IMG/VR virus record: IMGVR_UViG_3300050156_000143
Location: 213,517 to 277,516 of that record
Length of the DNA: 64,000 nt
Strand: one strand, 5' to 3'
DNA from: a virus
Lineage: Duplodnaviria > Caudoviricetes
A program made the translations under genes and the position numbers. This document shows positions 1 through 9,357 of the stretch, one piece after another. The first letter of the stretch is position 1. Every line of letters starts with the position of its first letter. The notes below the pieces were generated by a model, which was given only the letters and a program-made list of their open reading frames with translations, searched no databases and was not told the DNA's origin.

Positions 1-420
1 ATTGTTTGGCAACCTGGGCGAACAATTGTCACCGGTAGTACAAATGTCACCTCGACCGTGAGTGGCGGAAATTGGGGCGTGCGCCCTGGTCAGTGGGTGA
101 AAGTGAATGCGTTGGCGAAATCTCCAAACTCGTGGGACTCCGATGAGGTTCGCTCAAATCATCACATCATGTTCATTTTACAAGGGTGCAAAGATGCGGC
201 AAATGGTGTTGGGCGAAGTTTTTTTACCGAGATGCTCAAATCTGAGTTGCACCCGATTCGTTCAACCTTGGAAGCATTTGCCAAGAACGCTGTGATCGAA
301 GACGCCGAGTCCAACAGCGCATGCGGACTAGGGTTTACTCCACAAGTTGACTGGAATTTGCGTCTAAAAGTCATGACCCGAGACTCGGTGCGGGAAATTC
401 TGATCGACCGTTTCGACTAA
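1..420 (+). CDS. C-terminal part of a conserved phage hypothetical protein (5' end lies before the window)
   Basis: Frame 1 is open from position 1 to TAA at 418-420. The motif string SPNSW..HHIMFILQGC..FFTEMLKSEL..GLGFT resembles a widespread uncharacterised phage family. Confidence 0.55.
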   Translation: MVWQPGRTIVTGSTNVTSTVSGGNWGVRPGQWVKVNALAKSPNSWDSDEVRSNHHIMFILQGCKDAANGVGRSFFTEMLKSELHPIRSTLEAFAKNAVIEDAESNSACGLGFTPQVDWNLRLKVMTRDSVREILIDRFD

Positions 421-506
421 ATCCTGACCAAAATGGTGGGCAATGGTACATGCCAATGTTTTCTGCTATAGTTCACCACATCGCAACACACCTTGAAGGA
501 CATTTT

Positions 507-692
507 ATGGAATACGTCTACATCGCATGGGGCATTGGCGCATGGTTCACCTTGGGGGCGCTATTAGAGATGTTCCCCACTGCGCCATTCCTTGGAAAAA
601 TCCTGGTCGCGCTGATTGTTTGGCCATTTGCACTGGGAAAGATTGTGGGTTACATTGGTTCGCACGTTACTGGGAAAATTGATCTGAAATGA
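507..692 (+). CDS. small membrane protein
   Basis: GAAGGA RBS precedes ATG 507; two hydrophobic segments. Confidence 0.6.
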   Translation: MEYVYIAWGIGAWFTLGALLEMFPTAPFLGKILVALIVWPFALGKIVGYIGSHVTGKIDLK

Positions 693-715
693 TGGTCAAC
701 GGTGTTTCACCACGG

Positions 716-738
716 GGGGCTTCGGCCCCTTTTTTCAT
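716..738 (+). terminator. Rho-independent terminator
   Basis: GGGGC-TTCG-GCCCC followed by T6; identical 23-mer at 47868-47890. Confidence 0.85.
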
Positions 739-788
739 TGTGGACAGCAAAATAATCCCCACAGTTGCCGTCAGGTTTTACACACGGG

Positions 789-817
789 TTGCGTTAGACA
801 TTCGTTTCGGTTAAAGT
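789..817 (+). promoter_or_regulatory. sigma70-like early promoter
   Basis: TTGCGT-N17-TAAAGT downstream of a terminator and upstream of an accessory cluster. Confidence 0.5.
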
Positions 818-866
818 TCACTACATGGACGGCGCACAATGTGCCAACAACCAAGAGGACACAATC

Positions 867-1250
867 ATGACTACTATTGACCATCTGATCCAAATTGCCA
901 CCACAAAACTGAAAAACGCTACCGAAAAAATCACAAAAACGGGCGAGCAATTTTCCGCCGATCCGTTTGAAGCATTGTTGTGGGGCGATGGTGTGGTGAA
1001 AGCTGCCGCTGACCAATTGGTGTGGAAGCGTTTTCTGAATGCTGCTAAAAACACCCATCACGATCCCCAGACATTTTGCGTGGAATATGTCTCCAACTTG
1101 ATGCGGACAACCATGCTCGCTGTGATGGATGGGAACAATAGCTCCAGCCCGATGGCGAACATCATGCGGTCTGCCGAAAGTGCTGCACGAGTTAGTTTGA
1201 TCGACGAATTGGTGAGTCGTGGGCTTGTTGACCACGTTTTGCTTCGCTGA
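867..1250 (+). CDS. hypothetical protein, paralog of 1258-1623
   Basis: GAGGA RBS before ATG 867; shares P.EA..W.D and FC..YV.NL.RT with the next ORF. Confidence 0.7.
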   Translation: MTTIDHLIQIATTKLKNATEKITKTGEQFSADPFEALLWGDGVVKAAADQLVWKRFLNAAKNTHHDPQTFCVEYVSNLMRTTMLAVMDGNNSSSPMANIMRSAESAARVSLIDELVSRGLVDHVLLR

Positions 1251-1257
1251 AGATCAA

Positions 1258-1623
1258 ATGAAACGCAAGTGCAAATTTAATCCCAAAATGGTGGCAAAAA
1301 ATGCGTTGAAACGGATTCAAGCCACCATTTTTCGATGCGAAACCTCGATGTCCGAATGCCCGAATGAGGCGATGGAGTGGCAAGATGAATTGGCATACGC
1401 AATTGCTGAAAAGAAAGTGTGGTCTGACGTCTCAGACGCCATGACATCTGCGAATGATTTTACCAGCAAATTTTGCATAAAGTATGTTGCCAACCTTGAA
1501 CGCACGGTGAACGCCAGGGTGGAATTCAATGGTGGGGTGGCAGACAATTTGGATATGGCTGCCTCACGAATGATTGATCGCATCAATTTAACCATGAACC
1601 GCAAACGTCGGAGAACACAATGA
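1258..1623 (+). CDS. hypothetical protein, paralog of 867-1250
   Basis: Tightly packed ORF with the shared motifs. Confidence 0.7.
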   Translation: MKRKCKFNPKMVAKNALKRIQATIFRCETSMSECPNEAMEWQDELAYAIAEKKVWSDVSDAMTSANDFTSKFCIKYVANLERTVNARVEFNGGVADNLDMAASRMIDRINLTMNRKRRRTQ

Positions 1624-1916
1624 GCAAAACTGTGGTAGATTCTGGTGCGTTAATGATGGCGATCAACGTTCTTCGCCGGAATGGAAAATCCGAAGTGGCG
1701 GACGAATTGTTGAGCACCGCAGTCAGAACCAATGGCGGGTGGATTGATGTTGAGCTGGCCCCAAAAGACGGGAGTGCGATCGATTTATTGGCCGAAACGT
1801 TTCGGCTACCGGATTGCGGGTGGGATGGCGACAAGTGGGTCTGTGAATGGTACACAGATGGAATTATCCCGCCGGAGTTATACGCACGTATCACACATTT
1901 CAGACATATTGAATAA
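1620..1916 (+). CDS. hypothetical protein with DUF551-like C-terminus
   Basis: ATGA overlap with the upstream stop; WDG..W and ITHF pattern near the C-terminus. Confidence 0.5.
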   Translation: MSKTVVDSGALMMAINVLRRNGKSEVADELLSTAVRTNGGWIDVELAPKDGSAIDLLAETFRLPDCGWDGDKWVCEWYTDGIIPPELYARITHFRHIE

Positions 1917-1955
1917 CTTGGAGATCATTGTGTTTAATATTTCAGGATGGGCAGA

Positions 1956-2282
1956 ATGACTGACTTCACCGTGCAAAACATGTCCGCCAGGTATCAACGC
2001 CGGGTGCAAAAAATGGAATACCCAAATTCCAGTTTACAGTGGGAGTGCATGAACGCAATCACGGATGCTGTGGATAACCGATGTGCCCGTACACTGTTCA
2101 TAAAACGTTACTACACAACATTGGAATTATCTGAACTGCACAAAATGCGCAAACTGTTGAAAGACCGTGGGTTTCATTGTGTTGAACACCCTAATGTCCA
2201 CGCTGATCGCACACTGTGGGACATTTTGCGTAGACGGACGCCGATGATCTATCAACTTGAGATAAGCGGATGGGCATCGTGA
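1956..2282 (+). CDS. hypothetical protein (ISGWA family)
   Basis: Ends LEISGWAS; paralog of the next ORF. Confidence 0.65.
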   Translation: MTDFTVQNMSARYQRRVQKMEYPNSSLQWECMNAITDAVDNRCARTLFIKRYYTTLELSELHKMRKLLKDRGFHCVEHPNVHADRTLWDILRRRTPMIYQLEISGWAS

Positions 2283-2539
2283 AATACTCTCTGAGCGACG
2301 CTATCTTAGACTTCCATCCAATTTTGGCCAAGTCCTGGCGGGACACTTTAGTCAACATCCAGACCGCAGTACACACTGGTTTGGATGTTTGTGTGCTAAC
2401 ATTCCCACCAGAGTTCGACGCTCGTCTACTCAACGACATCCGACACCGACTGATCGCCGATTGCTACATTGTGACTGCCCCGTCAAAACACAATGGCAAC
2501 TGGGCGATTGAAGTGAGTGGGTGGGCAATTTTATCGTAA
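2279..2539 (+). CDS. hypothetical protein (ISGWA family)
   Basis: GTGA start/stop overlap; ends IEVSGWAILS. Confidence 0.65.
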   Translation: MKYSLSDAILDFHPILAKSWRDTLVNIQTAVHTGLDVCVLTFPPEFDARLLNDIRHRLIADCYIVTAPSKHNGNWAIEVSGWAILS

Positions 2540-2559
2540 CCTTAGTAAAAGGACAAACC

Positions 2560-4755
2560 GTGGAAAACAAAGAATTGAAACTGGTCATTGACTATGCGAC
2601 GAAAACTGCAAAAGAAAATAAAGCAGAATATTGCACCAGCGAGCACTTTTTGCTCGCATTGTGTGCTTTTGATCCGTTTCTGAAAAAGGCGCTCGAATTT
2701 GGTGCGGATGTATCCAACATGGTGACGGAAATCTCTGAGCACCTGAAATGCCTCCCCACGGTTGAAAAGCGTAGTGAGGCCGGTATCGCCACTGCTGGTT
2801 TCACACGGGTGGCGCAACGCGCCTATGTGCAAGCAAACGCTCAAACCCGTGAAGTGGGCGTGGCTGACATGTTTATCGCCATCGTGGGCGAAAAGGATTC
2901 TCACGCTGCCTATTTCTGCAACAAATATGGGCTGACGCACGCAGAATTCTACCCGTTCTTGACTGGTGTATCGACTACAAGTTCCCCTGCCGATGTCGCA
3001 AAGGCATCCAAAGTGTTGGAGCAATATTGCGAGAATTTGACCGCAAAGGCAGCTACTGGGGGTATTGAGCCAGTGATTGGCCGAGAAACCGAGATTGACA
3101 CGATTTTCCATGTGTTGGCTAAGAAATACAAACCCAATGTGTTGTTGGTGGGCGACCCTGGCGTGGGCAAAACGAAGATCGCTGAGGGGATTGCACTCAA
3201 GATTCATGAAAAAACGGTGCCGACTTTCATTGAAAATCGTGAAGTTTGGACACTGGACATCGGTTCATTGCTCGCTGGCACCAAATACCGGGGTGAGTTT
3301 GAAGAAAAGGTGAAAGAGATTCTGACGGCATTGCAGGATAAGGGCAATGTCATTTTGTTCATCGATGAGGCGCACTCCATGCGTGGGGCGGGTAGTTCGT
3401 CCGGTGGCGGCCCTGATATGTCCAACATGTTCAAACCTGCTTTGGCCAGCGGCAAGATCATGGTGATCGCCAGCACTACCTGGGATGAGTTCTATCAGTC
3501 GTTTGAGAAAGACCATGCACTGATGCGCCGTTTCGAGCGGGTGTCGGTGGATGAACCTGGCCGAGAATCTGCTATCAAAATTGTTTCCGGCGTCGCGCCC
3601 CGTTTGGAAGAGTTTCACGGCGTTGTGATTCCCGATGAAGTGGTGGTGTCGGCAGTGGACAACGCAATTCGGTATTTGCCAACTACAAAAAACCCGGATA
3701 AGTCCATCGGATTGCTTGACGCAGTTTGCACCCGATACCGCGTAGCTGGCGAAAAGGGTACTGTCACTGTGCAAGACGTGATCGCTCAAATTGAGAAACA
3801 AACTGGTATCGCTGCTGATAAGTTGAGCGGCGACAATGTGGAGCGAATGGCCAATCTGGAAAACAACTTGAAGGGCAAACTGTTTGGACAGGATGCCGCC
3901 ATCGGGAAAATTGTTGACCGAGTTTGCCTGGCATTCAGTGGCATGGGTTCCCAGAAAAAGCCTATGGCCAGCTTTTTGTTTACCGGGCCAAGCGGTTGTG
4001 GCAAAACTGAATTGTGCAAGCAACTGAGCGAAATGTTGGCAATGCCGCTCATCCGATACGACATGAGCGAGTTCAGCGAGCGCCACACTCTGAGTGCGCT
4101 GATTGGATCACCTCCTGGGTATGTTGGTTATGGTGAAGGTGCAGCCGGGAATGGCAGGTTGATCACGGATGTTCGCAAACGGCCATATTCCATCTTGCTG
4201 TTTGATGAGTTCGAGAAAGGCCACCCAGACATTTACAACATTTTTCTGCAAATGTTGGACGAGGGAACTGTCACCTCATCCGCAGGAATGAAAGTTGATG
4301 TCAGCAATTGCATCATCGTGATGACCACCAACCTGGGCGCGGCGGACAACGAGCGTGCAGTTATCGGGTTTGCAAATCAGGCACGTAACGCTGAAGACAA
4401 GGCGCTGAAAGACTTCATGCGCCCAGAGTTGCGAAATCGATTAGATGAAATTGTGAAGTTTAATAAACTTTCCCCAGAATCGGTTAAAGAAGTAGTTCGC
4501 AAGTTTCTGGGCATCTTGCAGAAACAAGTGGTGGACACGGGCATCACTTTGTCATACACGGACAATGTGGTTGACATGATTGCGGAAAAGGGGTTTGACC
4601 CAGTGTTAGGAGCACGTCCGATTAGTCGCAAAATTGATGAACTCGTGCGGGTGCCGTTGAGCCGCAAGGTGATGTTTGAACGGTTGCGAAACGCTGAAGT
4701 GCATGTTTCTGTCAGTGACGGTAAATTTGAGTTCAACGTGACGCAAAAGGTGTAA
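2560..4755 (+). CDS. clpA: ClpA-type Hsp100 AAA+ unfoldase (Clp protease ATP-binding subunit)
   Basis: N-domain EHFLLAL; NBD1 GDPGVGKT and LFIDEAH; NBD2 GPSGCGKT and LLFDEFEK; GSPPGYVGY pore loop; IGF loop; AAGGA RBS before GTG 2560. Confidence 0.92.
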   Translation: MENKELKLVIDYATKTAKENKAEYCTSEHFLLALCAFDPFLKKALEFGADVSNMVTEISEHLKCLPTVEKRSEAGIATAGFTRVAQRAYVQANAQTREVGVADMFIAIVGEKDSHAAYFCNKYGLTHAEFYPFLTGVSTTSSPADVAKASKVLEQYCENLTAKAATGGIEPVIGRETEIDTIFHVLAKKYKPNVLLVGDPGVGKTKIAEGIALKIHEKTVPTFIENREVWTLDIGSLLAGTKYRGEFEEKVKEILTALQDKGNVILFIDEAHSMRGAGSSSGGGPDMSNMFKPALASGKIMVIASTTWDEFYQSFEKDHALMRRFERVSVDEPGRESAIKIVSGVAPRLEEFHGVVIPDEVVVSAVDNAIRYLPTTKNPDKSIGLLDAVCTRYRVAGEKGTVTVQDVIAQIEKQTGIAADKLSGDNVERMANLENNLKGKLFGQDAAIGKIVDRVCLAFSGMGSQKKPMASFLFTGPSGCGKTELCKQLSEMLAMPLIRYDMSEFSERHTLSALIGSPPGYVGYGEGAAGNGRLITDVRKRPYSILLFDEFEKGHPDIYNIFLQMLDEGTVTSSAGMKVDVSNCIIVMTTNLGAADNERAVIGFANQARNAEDKALKDFMRPELRNRLDEIVKFNKLSPESVKEVVRKFLGILQKQVVDTGITLSYTDNVVDMIAEKGFDPVLGARPISRKIDELVRVPLSRKVMFERLRNAEVHVSVSDGKFEFNVTQKV

Positions 4756-4760
4756 TCAAC

Positions 4761-5390
4761 ATGAGGGGCAAATCGCCCCTCCACTTTTATATGGACATTG
4801 TAAAAAAACAGACCCTGTATTACGGGAAATACCAATACCGTGTTGATCTGGGGGCAATCAACGGATCAAAATCAGTACGTATTTCTAAATTCCGAAAATT
4901 GTATAACGAATATACCAAAGATTTGTGCGTTTGGTACGACAGTCACAAAAATGTTGCAAGAACCATGACGTTCAGGGATTACGCACTATCACATGACACG
5001 GTGATATTATTTGTGCAAAATGATGCCACATTGAACGACCTACTAACAATATGCAATCGCCACAGTCAAACTCCTACGTCAATCACAAAATGTGAACAAT
5101 CCGGTGTCCCCAATGTGATTTATCATGTTGCCCCCACGTTCGCACACCGGATTTATCTCATTTTACCCAAGAGCGATGATGATACGTACTATGAATTGCT
5201 GAAGTGGGCGAGTATGATGGGGGCCAATATTCGATGTGATCACCAGGATTGTTGGCGTGGGCACACCGGACGGACAGTTCGCACTATGAAATGGATCGAC
5301 GTAAAAACAGATGAGGATAAGACTGCGTTTTTGCTAACATTCGGCAGTAATGTGAGCGAATCGGTGGAAATACGAAAGAGGCCGTGGTGA
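4761..5390 (+). CDS. hypothetical protein
   Basis: 209-aa ORF; C-terminal D.TAFLL motif. Confidence 0.7.
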   Translation: MRGKSPLHFYMDIVKKQTLYYGKYQYRVDLGAINGSKSVRISKFRKLYNEYTKDLCVWYDSHKNVARTMTFRDYALSHDTVILFVQNDATLNDLLTICNRHSQTPTSITKCEQSGVPNVIYHVAPTFAHRIYLILPKSDDDTYYELLKWASMMGANIRCDHQDCWRGHTGRTVRTMKWIDVKTDEDKTAFLLTFGSNVSESVEIRKRPW

Positions 5391-5391
5391 G

Positions 5392-5398
5392 CTAAATA
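5392..5398 (+). promoter_or_regulatory. late promoter (CTAAATA, T4 gp55-type -10)
   Basis: Lies 25 nt upstream of ATG 5424; the motif recurs before many virion genes. Confidence 0.65.
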
Positions 5399-5423
5399 TC
5401 GCAAAGGATATCGATCACCCCCT

Positions 5424-6014
5424 ATGAAAATCTCAGAATTATTGTCAGAAGCTCGCAATCCAAAATGGACGTATACTCCCACCAAAGTCCAAGGAGTGTT
5501 GGATCGTGTGACTATCAAGTTGAACGAATCTGAATCTCCACAATTGACCAAATTGGCGCACCGGATTGCTCAACTACGGGAAACCACCGAGCGCATGGAG
5601 CTTTTGGAACGAGAGTTGACTGCCACAGTCAAGGATGAGATGCGCGAAGTTTTTGATGCAGAAGATATTGCACTTACTCGGGTAGTGGAAACTGCAAAGT
5701 TCGTTTTGACTCTGAGTAAAGAAGAAACTGCTGCAATGAAGTCCCCAACATCAAAAACCAATTATGAATCGGTAGTAAAAGATTTGGTCAAAATGATGCC
5801 AGAGTTGCAAGAAAAGTTGGACGAACTGATTAAACTGCATACCAAGATCGAACAACCCAAGGATACGGTGGCAAAATTGTCGGTCAAGCCGGTTAAACTT
5901 GACGAGAACATTGGAGTAACTCTGATGCGGCTGATTTCCCAAACATATAAGAAAATTGTGTCATGGGCGCAAACTTATGACAATAGGTTAGAAGCATTGA
6001 AAGCACGCATTTAA
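5424..6014 (+). CDS. late protein, coiled-coil rich, possible internal head protein
   Basis: Late promoter; N-terminus MKISELLSE resembles a capsid-targeting sequence. Confidence 0.65.
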   Translation: MKISELLSEARNPKWTYTPTKVQGVLDRVTIKLNESESPQLTKLAHRIAQLRETTERMELLERELTATVKDEMREVFDAEDIALTRVVETAKFVLTLSKEETAAMKSPTSKTNYESVVKDLVKMMPELQEKLDELIKLHTKIEQPKDTVAKLSVKPVKLDENIGVTLMRLISQTYKKIVSWAQTYDNRLEALKARI

Positions 6015-6033
6015 CCTTATTTTCTCCAACCTG

Positions 6034-6059
6034 AAAAAAGTGGCCTAGGCCACTTTTTT
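6034..6059. terminator. bidirectional terminator (perfect 26-bp palindrome)
   Basis: AAAAAAGTGGCCTAGGCCACTTTTTT. Confidence 0.85.
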
Positions 6060-6075
6060 GCATTAGAATCCCATC

Positions 6076-6393
6076 ATGATATTCAAACTAGCATCGCCAA
6101 TAGAAACTACCTGGGACAATCTGCCCGATTTGCTTGAACATTCAGTCAAAGACATGGTTCCACCACTTTGGGACACAATAGTTCAAAACGGGTGGGAAAA
6201 TAGAGTAAAAATACACGACGTGTCGATGGCTCCGTCGGTGCAATTTTACACTCTCCCGCATCCCACTATTAGTGCGGCATTCATGATGCAGACCAAGTCG
6301 GTGTATATCAAGCGTGTTGTTTCCATCAAAGTCGATGGTGTTACCGAAAATGATCCAGCGGCAATTCATTTTTTACTAACGTATTGCACATAA
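6076..6393 (+). CDS. hypothetical protein
   Basis: 105-aa ORF ending AIHFLLTYCT. Confidence 0.6.
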   Translation: MIFKLASPIETTWDNLPDLLEHSVKDMVPPLWDTIVQNGWENRVKIHDVSMAPSVQFYTLPHPTISAAFMMQTKSVYIKRVVSIKVDGVTENDPAAIHFLLTYCT

Positions 6394-6659
6394 TGATCGC
6401 CAAACTGAATAAACCATGTTCTGGGCTGTTTCATCGGGAATTGTTCAATCACGAGATCGAAATATTGTTGTCGAAAATATATCAAGAATTGGTGAAATAT
6501 GATCTGGTAAATCACGTGCGTGCGTCCCATCCGTGGCTATTTTATGTTTCACATATTCCACATAAAACTCTGTATTATGAAACAACTGAAATCGACATTG
6601 ACGACTCGGTTTTGCATTTGCCTAATACCATTGCATTCTTACTGCTTCATTGCTCATGA
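6384..6659 (+). CDS. hypothetical protein
   Basis: 91-aa ORF ending TIAFLLLHCS; exact start uncertain. Confidence 0.55.
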   Translation: MHIMIAKLNKPCSGLFHRELFNHEIEILLSKIYQELVKYDLVNHVRASHPWLFYVSHIPHKTLYYETTEIDIDDSVLHLPNTIAFLLLHCS

Positions 6660-7252
6660 AAAATAGTGGCGACATCGACATTGATGTGGGAAATAGAGAC
6701 CAATTACTTGCATTAATCGACCATAATCCAGCCAAAATTTGCACACAAGATGGGGACAGGCGGCATGGATCGGGAATATACGTTACCGACATTCCATATG
6801 ATTTTGTGAATGAAATTGCGACCATCGATTACCAAAGTGCGGAAACACGCGGTTACTTCAAGTTGGATATATTGAACGTGTCTCTATACTCAGAAATAAC
6901 AAACACGGATGAGCTAGAATCGCTGATGGTTCCACCAAAATGGGAGTCACTGGGTTCACGAGAATTTGTCGAACAGTTGACACATCTTGGTCAACACTAT
7001 GATCTCTTACAAGAACTCCCCCCGATAACTTCCATAGTGGAACTGGCAATGGCTCTAGCCATCATTCGCCCCGCTAAACGCCATCTTGCTGGAAAACCTT
7101 GGGAAATCGTGAAAAAAACGATTTGGCAAACTACTCCAGGTCAATATGCCTTCAAAAAGGCGCATGCGATAGCTTACGCTCATTTGGTAGTAGTCAATAT
7201 GAATATGGCGTCAAGGAATTTTGCGAACCATTATGACCCCTTTTCTCTTTGA
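6656..7252 (+). CDS. dnaE: DNA polymerase III alpha (DnaE)-like palm fragment
   Basis: GDIDID, HGSGIYV, GYFKLDIL and AFKKAHAIAYA correspond to DnaE PDxDxD, HA.GVVI, KxDxL and FNKSHxxAYA. Confidence 0.8.
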   Translation: MKNSGDIDIDVGNRDQLLALIDHNPAKICTQDGDRRHGSGIYVTDIPYDFVNEIATIDYQSAETRGYFKLDILNVSLYSEITNTDELESLMVPPKWESLGSREFVEQLTHLGQHYDLLQELPPITSIVELAMALAIIRPAKRHLAGKPWEIVKKTIWQTTPGQYAFKKAHAIAYAHLVVVNMNMASRNFANHYDPFSL

Positions 7253-7588
7253 TTTTTTTACACCAAGAGCATGGATGCTGCATATCGGCCCGTGAAGTAT
7301 GGTCAGATTTTTGGTGACAAACGTTTTCAAAAATGGCTTGAATTCGTGCCATTCATGGCGTAAAAACAAGTGAATTGGCACAATTCGGTTACTTCCCCAC
7401 CACCACGCATCACCAAGTTCTAGAAACCGTTTCCTGGCGTCTGAGTTGGTAATGGCCGAATAATCATAAAGTGACGTGACGGATGTATCCTGGTTTTGTA
7501 CAATTCCCACATAATCAACACCAGCGTATGTGCAAATTGTGATAAAGGGGTAATGTTCAGCTAGTGTTGTTAAGTAGTTTTCTTGCAT
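7211..7588 (-). CDS. conserved phage hypothetical protein
   Basis: 125-aa ORF with WWWGSNR.VPI.LFL..EW motif. Confidence 0.7.
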   Translation of the reverse strand: MQENYLTTLAEHYPFITICTYAGVDYVGIVQNQDTSVTSLYDYSAITNSDARKRFLELGDAWWWGSNRIVPIHLFLRHEWHEFKPFLKTFVTKNLTILHGPICSIHALGVKKSKRKGVIMVRKIP

Positions 7589-7629
7589 TTGTGCGGTTAT
7601 TTAGGTGGCATCTGTCGGTTAAATACCTT

Positions 7630-8349
7630 ATGTATGCAACAACCGTCTATATTTACAAACCTCGTCAGCAGGTGATTGTATATTCTGGTAACAGTCCTAG
7701 GAAATTTCAGCAAATGTACGCAAATAATCTCAAACTGCATCGCGGCGTTGATAACAAAATTCAATTCCGATTTCTGAACCAAGAGCAAAAACCTATTGAT
7801 GTGTCAGATAGAGAAATCACTTGTCGAATATTGGATTCAACCAATTCTCAGGTCATATTGCAAAAAACGTTGTCAGGATTCTTGCCAGTCACGGGCATCA
7901 TGGAGTTGGAGGTGTTGTCCTCCGATTTGGTTGATATAAAACCACAGAATTGCTTTTATTCACTTAGTTTCGCCGATGGCGACGGTGTGTACCCAGTATT
8001 TGTGGATACGTTGGGTGGATCAAAAGGTAAGATTGAGATAATGGATGACATATTGCCCACACATGTTGAATCCAACCTTGTTGGCATACCGTCTACCTCG
8101 GGTGCGATTTATTATTCCAGTGAATTTTCACCAGACAAATTTTCTACTACGATTCAAGTCGTTTTGACTGGATATTCTGGCTACATTGTCGTAGAAGGGT
8201 CAGTTAATTCGACCACATGGTACACAGTCACGCAGGTCTCGTTGGTTGCCAGTGATGGTGCTATAATTTCAATCGATGGGTTCCACCCCAAAGTCAGAGT
8301 CAAATTTCAACCCACACAAGGCGAACCTACCCGCATTCTGTATCGATGA
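7630..8349 (+). CDS. putative virion structural protein (beta-rich)
   Basis: TTAAATA at 7619-7625 lies just before ATG 7630. Confidence 0.6.
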   Translation: MYATTVYIYKPRQQVIVYSGNSPRKFQQMYANNLKLHRGVDNKIQFRFLNQEQKPIDVSDREITCRILDSTNSQVILQKTLSGFLPVTGIMELEVLSSDLVDIKPQNCFYSLSFADGDGVYPVFVDTLGGSKGKIEIMDDILPTHVESNLVGIPSTSGAIYYSSEFSPDKFSTTIQVVLTGYSGYIVVEGSVNSTTWYTVTQVSLVASDGAIISIDGFHPKVRVKFQPTQGEPTRILYR

Positions 8350-8382
8350 ATGTTGGGGCGTCTTGGATTCTAAAATCACAAG

Positions 8383-9357
8383 ATGTACAACATTCTCACC
8401 ATTATTCCAGGGCAAGTAAAAACAACTAAAAGTGGGTGGCATTCGTTTAATGCAGTTTGCTGCCACAATCGTGGACACCGGGTTGACACGAGATTTCGAG
8501 GCGGGCTGAAAATTGATGGAAACAATTGGCTCTACCATTGCTTCAATTGTCAATACACATGTTCTTTTGAATATGGTAGGTTCATAGATGACAAAACGTC
8601 TGAAATGCTCAAATGGTGTGGAATGGAGCAATCGGATATCAATCGATGGTCTTTCGATAGTCGCAGTCATCGGCACATTTTGGATTTAATCCCAAAAGCG
8701 GTAGTTGAAGATGAGATCACGTTCCCACCAATATCACTACCAAATAACTCAGAGTTCATTGATAAAGCAAATCCCAAGCATGCCAGATACATTGAATATC
8801 TAGAATCAAGAAAGATTGATCCGTTAAAGTACCCATTTTGTGTAACGCCTTATGAGAAAGGTAGAAACAACAATAGAATCATTGTGCCCTACACGTACAA
8901 AAATGAAATAGTTGGACACACTTCCAGGTTCATGGACAACAGACTACCCAAATATCTAAATGACCAATCTCCTGGGTATGTTTTTGGATACGATTTACAA
9001 CATCCTGAGTGGCAAGTTTGTATATTGATGGAGGGCATTTTTGATGCTCTGAGCATAGATGGTTGTGCCACAATGCACGAGACCATTTCCCCATCACAGG
9101 CCAAACTGTTAGCCACACTCAAACGTAAAATCATCGTGGTTCCAGATTATGACAAATCTGGTTTGTCCATGATCTCCAAGGCGCAAGAATATGGCTATTC
9201 AATAAGTTTACCAAATTGGGGAGAAGGTGTAAAAGACGTGAACGACGCTGTTGTGAGGTACGGTAAATTGCCAACTGTTTTGGCAATTTTGGAAGCCGCT
9301 ACCACTAGTAAAATTTTAATAGAAATGAAAAGGCAACGCATTGCTGCAAGAATTTAA
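8383..9357 (+). CDS. DNA primase (T4 gp61-like)
   Basis: Zn finger (CC.HNRG...HCFNC), TOPRIM EGIFDAL, PDYD, KDVND; adjacent to the helicase. Confidence 0.88.
   Translation: MYNILTIIPGQVKTTKSGWHSFNAVCCHNRGHRVDTRFRGGLKIDGNNWLYHCFNCQYTCSFEYGRFIDDKTSEMLKWCGMEQSDINRWSFDSRSHRHILDLIPKAVVEDEITFPPISLPNNSEFIDKANPKHARYIEYLESRKIDPLKYPFCVTPYEKGRNNNRIIVPYTYKNEIVGHTSRFMDNRLPKYLNDQSPGYVFGYDLQHPEWQVCILMEGIFDALSIDGCATMHETISPSQAKLLATLKRKIIVVPDYDKSGLSMISKAQEYGYSISLPNWGEGVKDVNDAVVRYGKLPTVLAILEAATTSKILIEMKRQRIAARI

Noticed and set aside
2542-4835. Long antisense ORFs over clpA (2542-3207, 3265-4086, 4377-4835) and similar shadows elsewhere
   Set aside because: These are codon-bias shadows of a conserved plus-strand gene, with no recognisable motifs or RBS.
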